Shown here: piece by piece, positions 24,501 to 37,407 of the stretch
Layout: each line of letters opens with the position of its first letter
How positions within the stretch are numbered: position 1 is the first letter of the stretch
Source of the DNA: Selaginella moellendorffii
Lineage: Eukaryota > Plantae > Lycopodiophyta
NCBI RefSeq assembly: GCF_000143415.4
Contig: NW_003314269.1
Coordinates: 1,867,544 to 1,931,543 of the forward strand
DNA length: 64,000 nucleotides
Direction: 5' to 3'
Made by a program: the position numbers and the translations under genes
Notes under the pieces: generated by a model
Told to the model about the DNA's origin: nothing
Seen by the model: only the letters and a program-made list of their open reading frames with translations
Database searches by the model: none

Positions 24501-27500
24501 CCCATCCTTCATAGGGTATAACACACCTTCGTCTAAATGCTTTCACCAATTCTTTAGGACCATTCCTTGATTCTACTTAAGTCATCTAGCATTTTGAACT
24601 TTGTTAATTTAACAACTCATAAAGTCTTAACCTCATGGCTACTTTTGAGGTGTTAACTCATTGGAATATAACTTCTTGTATTTATATCCTACTCACAAGG
24701 ACCATTTTGACAAGTGTTACTCTAACACTTGATTATTTTTTATTTCATGTGGGCTACTTTTGCCCCTTAGGAGTATCCGTCCCTATGACAAGAATACTGA
24801 CTCATCCTTTAAGTACACCCCAACTCCTTGGGTTTGTTCCAACATTTATAAAAGGTAGCCCCAGCTACCATTTCAAGGACTTGTATTCTCATCTGTATTT
24901 GACCTCTCACGGTCCTTAATTTTGGTCTCAAATTCTTGAGCACCATCCTCAACTATATGAGGATAACCTTATGACTCCTTTATCATCTAGGAGTTTCTAT
25001 CATTCCCATGATTCTAACTATAGTTTTTTTACCACAACCATATTAACTAGTTTGCTAAGTCAAATGCTTATATAGATCATATTTTCAACTCTTTGAGGAA
25101 AACTTTTTACTGTTCTCAAGATCGCAAAGTTGTTCCCTTATTAACTCCTTTCTATTCACCATATTGCCTAATAGTTCACATATGAACTATAATGGAGAGC
25201 TATATCCTCATGACTTGCTATTCCTTAACTATAGCCTTATTTTTGGGACCTTCTAATATTACTATCAAAGGGTGATATACTTGACCACCAATAACAGTCA
25301 GACTAAGGAAAAACTCTGATGCCAAGTTGTAAACAATTAATTTTTCCATTCTACTTTAGTCACTTAACCACACCTTTGATCATTTATAAGAGTCTCACTT
25401 ATAACTTTCATAAGTCCTTTTCAAGACTTAGGGACATACTAGCCCTGCGAATAGCATCTATGTCACTTAGCCTTTGCATTTGGTCCAAGTGCTCCACATA
25501 CCCAATCCCATGGCTGACACCTAAAGGGCCCACTGACATAGTAGCCCGTTATGCTAAAGCCATGCTCATTCACCCTTGTCACATCGGTAATCCAAAACCA
25601 TCTGCATCACAGTCCTGTCTCTCAAAGACTAAACCATCCGTCCATGAGTGGTTATGTCTTAACCATATCTTAGCACCTTTAGAATGCCCAGAGATATAGG
25701 GAACACCCTTCCCTAATGTCCCTTCTTCCATCCCTACCAAGTCCCTCTTCATCCACGGTTGTGCTCGCTAACACTATCACTGGTCAAGGTTCTAAAGGCT
25801 CGACTATTAAGTTCCATTGACCTTTAGGACTTCCTCACCATATAACTGTATCCTTGGTCTCTACACCAAAAGATTGTTCCTCTTCCTTTTCACAATCCAG
25901 AACTTTAGGACAACATTTCAAAACACCATAGCCTTATACGAGCCTCATGGGTACTCTTTCCACCTTTTGCCCTTAGGTGCCCTAGTCATAAGGTTTCGAT
26001 GAGTCATGCTAAGTATCCAAGTAAGTAGTGCCACCCACACTAGGATTGGGAGCATTGACCATTCGATCTTTCGGGAGAGCTAGAGCTAGCTCTTGAATAC
26101 TTTACTAAGCTACCCCATTTGTTTATCTATATTCATTTTAGCCTCGGACTCCTCAATAGTTATATCATTACCTAACACGTGGGTATAGTTTTCCTTCGTC
26201 ACACTGGCCTTTTTTGGCCAAATTGGCTTTATTGGAGTACTATACTTTTGGAGCTCACCAAATCTCCTAAAGTCTAGGAGACGAACGCTTTGGGCTTTCA
26301 CCCCCAAACTCGGACTCAGACTTAGTCTTGGTCTCAGACTTGGACTCAGTCTCAGTCTTGGCCTTAGTCTCGATTTTAGTCTTGGTCTTAGTCTCAGTCT
26401 TCGTCTCAGTCTTGGTCTTGACCTTGAACTCCATCTCAGGTCCATCTTGGACTCAACCTCAAACTTCATCTCGGGTCCTTCTCAAACTCCATCTAGAACT
26501 CCATCTCAAGTCCATCTAGGACTCCATCTCGGACTCCATCTTAGACTCCTTGGATTCCATCTCAAACTCCTCATAGACTCCATCTCGAACTCCATCTTGG
26601 GTCCATCTTAGACTTTTTGAACTCCATCTTAAATTTATCTCAAGTCCTTCTTAGACACCATTTTGACACTTCCATATGTCATATGTTGGTCCTTTTGTGT
26701 CCCTTTTCTAGAGACTCACTTACTTCTTTGTGCTCGTTCTTCAAGCACTGTGTTGGGAGTTCCACTCCCACTCTTGATTGTCTAAGTTGAAGCTTTTAGT
26801 TCAAACGTCTTACACTCGTTTAGTTTCCGCTTCAGCCACTACCATGTTGCACCCTTTCGGCTCCACTTTAGGGCTTAGGGATTTGTATCTCATAGTTAGA
26901 TGCAAAAGGTAACTTCAACAATGAAGCTAATGAGCTAAAATCCCTTCCCCAAAAATCATAACAAATGGAGCAATGGGCATAAAACTCAAAAAACCAAAAA
27001 CTCAAAAAAGTCTATAGCCAAGTCTCACCTAATAATGATTATAAATCTTACATGAACTAACTTCACTGCCAAAGAAGAAATTATGGTACAACCCACAATA
27101 TCCTTCTTAATACATCTATAATCCAAACTTTATAATGCTAAAGTTAATGAAGAACATATCTGCATCAATTCAAAAGCCAAACATAACGAAGCTATGCTCA
27201 ACAAGTGACCACCAAATCAATTCTCCATAAATCCATTTATAGCAAGATGTAACTCACTTCATAACAAGAACAAGAAAAATCATCAATGATCAATATAATC
27301 TTAACTCGAATCCAACAAAGAATTAACAACTTTAATATCAATCACTAACTCCTCCTTTCATAAAGTTAACATAGTCCACGACTAAATTATGTTTCAAGGA
27401 AAAAACCAAAGCTTAACCCCTACTAAACAATCTAGTCTAGAACACAACTAATTTAAATTGTCATTTAGCTTGTTTAAACGCTGATATAGTTGTTAACTAC

Positions 27501-28619
27501 CAAAATGCATGAATGCCAATAACACAAAGCTACAGCCCAATTATCAACATTATCTGCATCGAGACTAATGAAACTCAATATCAATCATACAGAGAAACAT
27601 TTCACTTCACTTGAATTTTAACATTATATCTATGACAAGGCATCACTTTAATGCCATCAACACTAGAATAAAGCTAAAAAGAAGCAAAAATGAATCACCA
27701 CTCAAAACTTTCTAACAACCAAAGTTAACCAAAGTTGAAGATACCTTAGTCAGTATCTAAGACCAAACCTTCAACATTACTCAGTTACAAATAACACTTC
27801 ATCAAGGAGTGAATTACCACATCTAAGACTCAATGAAATCCAACACCACTGATTAAACACAACCAAATGATATTGACAAAGGTAGAATCGACATGCTAAC
27901 ATGGAAAACCATGTAAGTTAACAATACGATCCTCTGCAACACAATCTAATAAAGCAAGCCCATTAGTGCTAAATCATCATTGAGTAAAACAAGTGTTAAT
28001 AGTTCTCGATAGTCTACCAACAATCACTAATTGCAAAGCAACTACCAATCACTCTTCAACTTTGCCTTTATAAGAACTGAACACTAAACTTATTTTATCG
28101 AGTTATATACTTGTCCAATGGAAAGGTACACTCTAGGTACTAGATAGAAATATAGACAAGCACAGATTAAATTACCACTCAAATCCAATCAAACCGTAAT
28201 AAACTTATCAACACGTTTAGCCAATAGCTCTAAACATGCTTTAAAGAGACTAACTATACATGATCATTACTCAGATGAAACTAAAGTGAAGACTATGAGA
28301 TAGACTCATATTGGTACACAACCTCTTAATAGATAAAACTATAGTATAGGTACTAACACCTCAACTTCAAACAACTAAGTTGGATATCATTATCCTCAGC
28401 CAAGATGTAAGGCTACTAAAATTAAGTTAAGATTAATGAGAGCTCACTAATCTTATAAAGTTTATGAAATGTAAGATGCAACCTGCCACCAAGCATAACA
28501 CTAACAAGGAAAGGCATAAAGGTCACCTTTCTAAAAAAGCGCAATAATGACTTTAGTAGCATTATAGTAGCTTTAACTAGATTCTTGGTGGTACCTTGTT
28601 CCAAGTACCTATACCTTGT

Positions 28620-28765
28620 GGTACCTTGTAGCTAATCTACTTATAGCATTATAGTACTATAGTACTTGTAGCATTATAATGTACTATAATGCTACAAGTA
28701 GATTAGCTATAAGGTACCTTGCTACAAGTACCTATAGTACTATAATGCTACAAGTAGATTAGCTT
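28620..28765. repeat. 38-bp inverted-repeat hairpin plus a third partial arm
   Basis: GGTACCTTGTAGCTAATCTACTTATAGCATTATAGTAC (28620-28657) pairs with 28681-28718 with 2 mismatches; the right arm repeats at ~28738-28765. Confidence 0.8.
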
Positions 28766-31411
28766 CACTATCAACCACTTTAGGGTTGATTATCGTTTAA
28801 CCAAGCAACTTAGTAAACACATTGTTCATTATCATATGGATATGATATAAATATTATAATGACTTGATCATCAATTGAGCAACACCATGAGCAAACCCAC
28901 ATTATTACTTCAAAAGTTTACTTGAGGGTGTGGTATTTATGTTACATTTTCTCAAATCGAGTAGATATTTACAACACTTATTCACAATACAGACAAACTT
29001 ATACCACTTTCTTTTTTACTAAAACTTAACACACTAAACTATTCAAGGAATAATAACAAGGTTCTTTAGAAAAGAATTGAGCATTACAACCCAAGTCTTC
29101 AATAGCAAGTTTAGACAAAATGGTTTAGCGCTTCACCACTATCCATCCTATGACTTACCACTTGTAAGACCACCATAACTAATATGTATCAAGATAAAGA
29201 CTCTTGATTGCATAACTTTTATGACACTTTTTACTTGTGTTTAAGTCTTTGCCAAGACCAATACTGTAGTTTCTCATGCCAATTATCCGTTAGCACTGCA
29301 CCATAAAGTTTATACACAATTTTATGTTAAAGTTGTTTTCTTCTGGGAACACCTTTCCCATGACTTTAATATAGCACATTCTACCATCAATAAGATATCT
29401 ACTATTTTTATATTTGGATCTTATGATCTTCCCCATCCTTTATGGGGCACAACACACCTCAATTCAAATGCTTCTATTAATCCTTTACAACCATTCTTTG
29501 ACTCTACTGGAGTTATTTAGCCTTTTGAACTTTGTTAATCCGATGACTTATAAAGTTTTACTTTTGAGGTGTTAGTTTGCTATAATACAACTTCTTGTAT
29601 TCATATCCTACTCATAAAGATCATATTTGCAAGTGTTATTCCAACACTTGATTATTTTCCATTCCTTGTAGGTTATTTTTGCCCCATAGGACTATCCATC
29701 CATATGATGAGAATATTGACTCATCCTTTAAACACACCCCCAACTCTTTGGGTTTGTTTTAACATTTATGCTCTATTTCGTTAAAGTGGGATTTATTTAG
29801 TAAAATGGGACCAGGTACAAATTTTCAAGTATTTGAAAATGACGTGAAATTATATGTTTTTTGTCCAGGGGCTAGACATATCTGGGGCATGGTGACTAGC
29901 GCGGTGACTTTGTGTCCAGACTGAGTCCATCTGGTTATATAATAAATCTCATTGTCAAGGTGAACAAGCCGAATCTGAAGCTAAAGAAGAGCGATGGCAT
30001 GCACGCACACACTATTTGTTTGTTCATTGAGCGTGTGGTGAGCTTTCCAAGATGAACATCATTCCTATTAGCCAGACATATAACTTAATGGTGAGAACAT
30101 TTAGATATTATTCAATGTTATCTTTTTCTAACGAATCTAATTGTGAAGGTGTAGCAAGAGGCATTGCTAGTCTGGAGAAGTCATTTAACTCATTTGACCC
30201 TTAGTGTATTTTCATGAAACTAAATAACATTCATATTATTAAGGAATTTCTCTAGTACCTTTTTTTTACGACATAGAGGCTTGCATTTCTTTCAAAGGTG
30301 ATTTAGTAAAAGGCCTAAGGGCACATGCCATTCTATTTCTCAGACCGGTATTAAGATATACTAGTGCAAAGGGAAAAAGGTATTTGGTGATCAAGTAAAT
30401 GGCATGAGGGCACACGCCATTATAAGCCTAAGCGCTAGTGGACACCTCCTTTTTGGTACTCTCAGCAGTACTATCATCCTTCTCCGGGTCAGTTGTTTTG
30501 CTTTGGATTGTTGTCTCTGACGTTACTGGGGCGTTCTCGATAGTTGTTAATGTTGCCGTTTGTTCAGAATAATGATCACCTGGAGTATAGTACAGGGAGT
30601 TTGGAAGACTTATATATTCTACATCTTCACCTATCTCCTTCTCCGTCTCCTTTTCTGCCTCACTTACAGATTTTGTGCTTGCCATGAGAACGCTCTTCAC
30701 CCTAAAATATGGAGTTCGTTGTGTTATAAAAGGAAACCAACACACACGCTGCAAGGGAATGATGGTACATAAAGCACGTAAGCCCACAATATGGGTTTAT
30801 GTGCCATTAATATGGGCCACACGCCATATTATTAGATTTATGCACGTGTGATTGGTAAATGCATATGTCACATCATCTTTGTTTTACCTCACACACTATA
30901 TCAGGCCTAATGAACCATATCACATGTGCGCACATGCTATATATATGGAGAAGTATTATGCAAGGATAGAAAAATTCAATGCATGATTGTGGAGAGCAAT
31001 GGCATGAAGCCACATGCTAAATAACATTTTAGAGAAAGAATTAAAATAAAAACATGCAAACAATACTGAGTGGACCAAGACTTAGAAGTGCACAATTGAA
31101 TGAGGTATTTCTAATAAATATTTCACTCACCTCATATAGGAATGGCTACCACTCTCAAATGGCGTATCGCCTCATGCCATCACCTCGCAATTTGTTATAA
31201 CAATCCGATGAATTCATATTCGGCTTGTTCACCTTGAACTTTAAGTAAGATTTGCTAGAACAACTAAGAATTTATACTTGTTATTTGTATCATCTCACCT
31301 AGGAATGGCGTAAGGCCACATGCCATCACGCCTCCTCTGATTCAGATTCGGATTGTTCACCTTGAAATAAAATACATTAGAAACTTAGTAAAGGAATATT
31401 CATGAATCTCA

Positions 31412-34224
31412 CCTTGAACCCGGGTTACGAATGCTTTTGCTGCATCTCTTGCATGGTCTGGCAAGGTGATGGTGGCACTCTGCTTCCGCATCCAACCATG
31501 CACAACATTATCCACCGATATGCTCATGCTGGGATCCCTTGGATTCAACACCCATCTCTTTTCTAGGCAATCCTTCGTATATCCGGAACTTGGCTTGAAC
31601 CACTCCACAGTTACATTGAAGGAGTTAGTTTCCGCGTCCTCCTCTGCATCAGTGATGCAGCACCCCACCCATATCATTTATTTTTTATTACTGGGTCTGA
31701 CAAGCATGACCATTCCTTTGCAGACCTGTACTGGATTGAATGCTGAATCCGGCTTCTTGTTCCTCGGCCCACAATAGTGATCCTCAACATCGTTATCTGT
31801 CACTGCATTTCCAGAGGACATTGTTCCGCTACTATCTGGTGCTCTGGGTTCTGGCCAAAAGGACTCTTCCAATTCTTCATATACAACCGGCCCATTTTGG
31901 ATAGCAGATATAATCTTCTCCCAGTATTCGAGCAAAGGCTTGCACCTCTGAAAATAGGATTCTCCACCAAACACCAACCCCCTCTTCCAGAAGGCAATAT
32001 GTTGTCTAATCCCGGCCACTATACTTTCCTGGTCTTTGAGTCCATCTGGGTGCATCGGCCGTGGGGAACCCTGAGGAATCATAGGTTCCCCAGTTATGGG
32101 ATCTCTCTTGAAGAGTTCAATGCCGTCCACTGGCAGCCACACTGTGTCCCATTCTCTCATCTTGTACCTCATCACTGGAGCACCGTTACGCATGCTGAAA
32201 TGAAACTGAAGAGGCTTGGAGTGGCCAATCAGCGTTTTGGATCCGTCCCTGATGTAGCCTCTTACAAACCCCTTAAAGTCTGGAACCTCTGTCACAAGTG
32301 CAGCTTCAACAGTGCCTTTGATGCAATTTTGGAATTCATCGTAGAGTTGTGGGAGGGTGAGGACATTGGATCGCCGGAGGGACTCTGCCAGGTGACTGAA
32401 CATGGCATCGACGTCTTCATGAGTGTGCCCAACCATGAGAAAGCCAAGTGTAACCGTTTCAAATATACCTTTGGCAACAAGCATCGCCAAGTACGGGAAG
32501 ACGTACATGTTTTTGTTCTCACTACCAGCATTGTCTGTTTGGAGCAGAAGATGGGGTGGAAGGCCACATCGGCCGCAAGAACTTCCTTGAGATTCTGCTT
32601 CGTTTGGATGAGGCTGTGCATTCACCGGGCGACCAGCCTCGTCGGAATGGCATGAGGCCTCACGTGATAACCCTACAATCTGACGGCCAACATATTCACT
32701 GGGATGGCATGGGGCCCCACGCGATATTGCAAGCCTTTGCTCCTCCTCCAGCTGAACCCTGTATGGGGTTCGATCGACAAGGGCCTTATGCAAGGGTTGG
32801 CCGTTCAGCTCAGTCTGCGCACTTTGCAAAGACCTTAAGTGTTTTGCTAGGGACGCAATCATCATGTTTGCACCCCCGCCACCCCATAGAGGTACAAAGA
32901 AGTTCCCATAGTTCTGGGCATCATGCCCATGAGCGATTATGCCAAACAGAGACACAGGCAGCTGCATGGATGAAGAGATTGCCTTGGGGGCAGGATTGAG
33001 TCGAGGTAAGCACGTCTTTTTCTGGTCCATTTTGTTGTGGATGATGCAGAGGTAAGAGTCAGGTCTCTCCATGGAGAGAATCCTGTTATGATAATATGCA
33101 GTCCTGCAGCTTCTCTGCTCGATGTTGTGGTCGAGCCGCCTTCTAACCAACGTCTCTCGCTCTTGAGCGATGCAAGAATTCTTCGACAAAGCCATTTTGA
33201 TAGCAGTGCACTCGTCACACTTTGAAAAGCTGGAGTACTTTCCTATACTCACATCCCTGAACCTGTTGCTCCACAATCTACTAAATCTAGATTGGCTCAG
33301 CTTCCTGTAGCCATTACTCTGGAGTTCCCGATTCACATCTTCCAATATGGCCCCCTTGGTATATATGGAAGGGAGAACTCGTTGGGTGTCTCGAGTTCCA
33401 TCTTCCAAGAGGCGGGTTTTATGTGGTTGCTTCTCGCTACATGTCTCGACAAACCTCTTGAATATTGCCTCTCCATATACAACATGACCCCTGGTTTTGT
33501 GAGTACCGTTGTTCCCATGGACTGCCTGTTGAACCCTTTGTTCCTCGAACTCAGTTTTGATTCTGTAGAATGTGGTTCGAGGGACTCCATAAATGATTCT
33601 CCATGCCTTCATGCAGACCAAACCCCTCTGGAAGACCATGCCCCCCACCTGATGTTCTGAAGCATCAACAGATGACTGTAATGCCTCATACACAAAATTG
33701 CGAGCTGCCTTCCAGGACAATGTCTTGTATCTTGCTCTCTCCTCTTCAATAGCATCCCAATCAGCATGTTGATAGCACCTCCTCTTGCAACAAGCAACTA
33801 TCGAGACCATTCGAACCTCCATCGCCATTTTCTGCCTTTTCGGTTCGTTGCTCAGATCCCTTTGGCTGCGCTTTAGGAAGGTGTACTTTCTTTTCCCATG
33901 AAGAGATGTTCTGTCATCAGTTGTAGTGGTGTTTGATTGTGAATCCTTCACATTCTCAAACACTAAGTGCTTCAATTTCCACCGCACAATGCTTCCAATA
34001 GTCAGACTGTTTTCTTCTGTGTTAACAACCTCTAAAATCGCAACTCCAATATCATCCCAGCCCAATTCTTGATTAGCAACCGCATCTCTTGGATCGACAA
34101 CTGTGGCTAAGCCCTCAGCTACCACCTCCCCCTCGGGGTTGTTTAGAAACACCTTTGCCTGAATCCATGTAGCACGGTTCTTAAGATTCACGGAGGGAAC
34201 ATGCGTCGCACTTGCGGAGGCCAT
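31412..34224 (-). pseudogene. DDE transposase, Sola1/DUF7869-like, with a premature stop at 31678-31680; further small 3' exons likely down to ~30428
   Basis: CCKRRC and FSKCDEC Cys motifs; IIH(N)KMDQKKTCLP; LLLQTDNAGSENKN; FLMVGHTHEDVDAMFS. The reading frame resumes right after the TAA (MIWVG...VEWFKP). A GT donor follows at ~31411. Confidence 0.8.
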
Positions 34225-34589
34225 TCTGAAAGTGCAGAAAAGAAGTTAAGACCATACAAAAAATGATTGGAGAATGGCCTAAATCATAACATACCAAACA
34301 ACCTCAATAGCATGAGGCCACATGCCATTATTCAAACATGCTATTGACACCCACGTGAAATTTCGCATTCACAAAATTGGCATGAGGCCTCATGCCATCT
34401 TGATATACACACAGCTGTAGGCAAGTAAAAACATACATGACAATACACTAGCCATGAAATTGCAAGGGCCCAAGATGGCATGTGGCCTCATGCCATTTCT
34501 AAATGTGGTCCTAAGCCATTCCATGGTGAACATACCAGGAAGCACAAGTGCCGAATATCAAGAGGAAGCGGTAGCCACACCAAAGACAG

Positions 34590-34745
34590 TGCCGCTCGCA
34601 ACACCGCAACTACTCGTAGCGCCGCTCGCAACACCGCAACTGCTCGTAGCGCTGCTCGCACAAACTGCCACTCGCATAAACTGCCGCTCGCAATGGCGCT
34701 CGCAATGCCGCAACCACTCGTAGGCGCATAAACCACAGCTCACAA
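34590..34745. repeat. CpG-rich 30-bp tandem repeat upstream of the transposase
   Basis: GCCGCTCGCAACACCGCAACT(A/G)CTCGTAGC occurs twice, followed by degenerate copies. Confidence 0.7.
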
Positions 34746-34852
34746 CGCCGCTTACACAAGCAGCGCTCACTGCGCTCAGCGGAACCAAGAACACGGTGCA
34801 CAAAAATGATAGACCTAGGAATGAGTTCGAGAATTCAAAAATAACACACGGT

Positions 34853-36765
34853 TGAACGTCACATCAAATCCTCTGACAAACAAGATCTTATAATTCCTCT
34901 GACAAATTTCAAACTGAGTAGCTTCTAGACTTTGCTGTCGGAGGTTGAACTTTGTCACATCATGTCCTTGCCTCGATCCAGCTGTGCCATGTCAGTGATT
35001 CGAACTTTGCCATGCCATGTCAGCGATCCGCGCCAAGATTATTCGCCGTGTAAAGGAATAATTATGCTGTGTGTGTACGTCCATTTATGGCAATATAAGG
35101 CCACACGCCATTCAAAGAATAATGCTAGTTGAAAATTTTTTGGTGCATTTTTGGGTTCAAAATTGCATGAGCCCACACGCTATAAAGTTTACCTGTACCA
35201 AAAATAGAAACATCTTTATTTACTTGGGAATTTAAGTGGTTAAGGCATTTTTAAACTTACAAACACATGCCCTATTTACATTCCTTTAGTTGCTTAAAAT
35301 TCAAAAATATTATAAACCTTTCTTTTTGCATTTTCAATGTTTTCAATTATGGTTTTTGATTTTCGCAGGACCAGCCTAGTAATCTATTTGCATCCCGTCA
35401 TGTTTATAGCTAGCTTTCGTTTGTCCCCTTCGCTAGCCTGAGATACATCTACTCGGCATCTGCCTCTTACAGCATTTGCCCAGAAAGGGCATCTTTCTTC
35501 ACGCAGCATTTGCCACATGTTTAGGGTTTAGGGTTTAGGGTTTAGCAATTCAATAGCTTGATAAACATGCAAATATAGAACTTGATGCAAAATCCTTTGA
35601 TATGTCACAATGCCCCTAGGACCATAAACACATTTTAATAGAGAGGGTCCTTTCATTTCATAACTCCTTACGTAGATCTTGGTGAAACCAGAGTTAGTGA
35701 AGTTAGTTTCTTGTGATCCCGCATCTGATTGTGATGTCCCTTTGCAGTGTCGATGGAAAGGTCAATGCACACCAAACTGTAAAATCTTGGAGCAAAATAA
35801 TGGTCGGATCTATGGCAAATGCCCCTGAAACATTGTAAGGCTCGTGTGGTCTCATGTGGTGTCTGATCGAGATGCTTCTTTGCAGGGTCATCAAGAAAGA
35901 CATTGTATACCATTATGTAAAATCTAGTTGCGATCTAACGGTTGGATCTCTAGAAAACTCAAAAAAATCTCGCGTGTGTCAAAATATTCTAGGAATATAC
36001 TCCTATGTGCCCCTGAAAATGGCATGCGACCCCACGCCATTCAAGAGATAACGCCAGATGACGCCGAGCATTTTTTGGTGCATTTTTTGGGATCAAAATT
36101 GCATAAACCCACACGCTTGAACGTCACATCAAATCCTCTGACAAACCAGATCTTATAATTCCTTTGACAAATTTCAAATTGAGTAGCTTCTAGACTTTGC
36201 TGTCGGACGTTGAACTTTGTCACATCATGTCCTTGCCTCGATCCAGCTGTGCCATGTCAGTGATTCGAACTTTGCCATGCCATGTCAGCGATCCGCGCCA
36301 AGATTATTCGCCATGTAACTACTCAGCATCTGCCTCTTACAGCATTTGCCCAGAAAGGGCATCTTTCTTCACGCAGCATTTGCCACATGTTTAGGGTTTA
36401 GGGTTTAGTAATTCAGTAGCTTGATAAACATGCAAATACAGAACTTGATGCAAAATCCTTTGATATGTCAAGACCATAAACACATTTCAATAGAGAGGGT
36501 CCTTTCATTTCATAACTCCTTACGTAGATCTTGGTGAAACCAGAGTTAGTGAAGTTGGTTTCTTGTGATCCCGCATCTGATTGTGATGTCCCTTTGCAGT
36601 GTCAATGGAAAGGTCAATGCACACCAAACTGTAGAATCTTGGAGCAAAATAACGGTCGGATCTATGGCAAATGCCCTTGAAACATTGTAAGGCTCGTGTG
36701 GTCTCATGTGGTGTCCGATCGAGATGCTTCTTTGCAGGGTCATCAAGAAGGACATTGTATACCAT
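34853..36765. repeat. Internal segmental duplication in the intergenic region of the transposon, with TTTAGGG tracts
   Basis: 34853-35050 is nearly identical to 36119-36316, and 35450-35913 to 36319-36765. (TTTAGGG)3 at 35520-35540 and (TTTAGGG)2 at 36390-36403. Confidence 0.9.
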
Positions 36766-37407
36766 TCTTTATTTAGCTGAACATCTGGCATTTTTGGAAA
36801 TACAAGATGCTTTGGAATATCCAATCATGCATGGTATAAATATAGCGAGGGTATTAAATGATATCCCAATCATGATCTTTCTTTTGGATTTCGCGTGCAT
36901 GCAGTCCGAGGAATGATGACGTTGCGGATTTCTTTTGGATTTCACGTGCATGCATGCGCGTGGCGATCCAGAAATTAATGGTGGCGCCCAAGTCCGAGGA
37001 ATGATGACGTTGCGGGATTACCAACCGTCGTGACATTTCGCGCGTGTGAGGTTAGGTTTTGCATTTTGCTTTGTACTCGCGCTCCCACTCGCGATCACGC
37101 TCACATTCGCGCTCATCTACCTTCTCTACAGGTTTCTCGTGTGCATCGGCGTCCACTCGCGCTTGCATCACACTCGCGCTCGTGTGCATCAGCATCCACT
37201 TCAAGACACACCCGGTTTGTAACTTCGCCACCAACTCCGCCGCCCACTCCGCCACCCACACGCAGCCCACTTGGCGTCCCGGGAGATTTCAGCACCACTC
37301 TCCAACTATAAGTGGCAGAGTAGCCTTGCTGCTACGATCCGCTGCACACACAGTGCACATTCGCCAGCAAGTCCGGCCTCGATTGTCACGCCTCCATTCG
37401 GCTTCAA

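Larger units (their letters stand above)
17506..26894 (-). mobile_element. Decayed, probably non-autonomous Ty3/gypsy element, family A
   Basis: 3' LTR 17506-18081 (internally deleted), reverse PPT ACTCCACCACCC at 18082-18093, reverse tRNA-iMet PBS CTCTGATGCCA at ~25314-25324, 5' LTR 25328-26894. TSD GCTAG (17501-17505) / GTTAG (26895-26899). Confidence 0.85.
17040..28525 (+). repeat. Repeat family 'X', copy 2, split by the gypsy insertion at 17506-26894
   Basis: The halves 17040-17505 and 26895-28525 rejoin to match the uninterrupted inverted copy; the empty site reads GATTGTTAGATGC on the minus strand at ~5332-5344. Confidence 0.75.

Noticed and set aside
29760-29770. Alternative TSD readings (TTAT, ATTTAT or 8 bp) for the large transposon
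   Set aside because: ATTT with ends AT.../...TT reconstructs the empty site exactly and keeps the TIRs equal in length. The boundary could still shift by ~2 bp; other copies are needed to settle it.
35520-35545. Chromosome end or telomere healing site
   Set aside because: Only 2-3 units, embedded in a duplicated internal block of the transposon.
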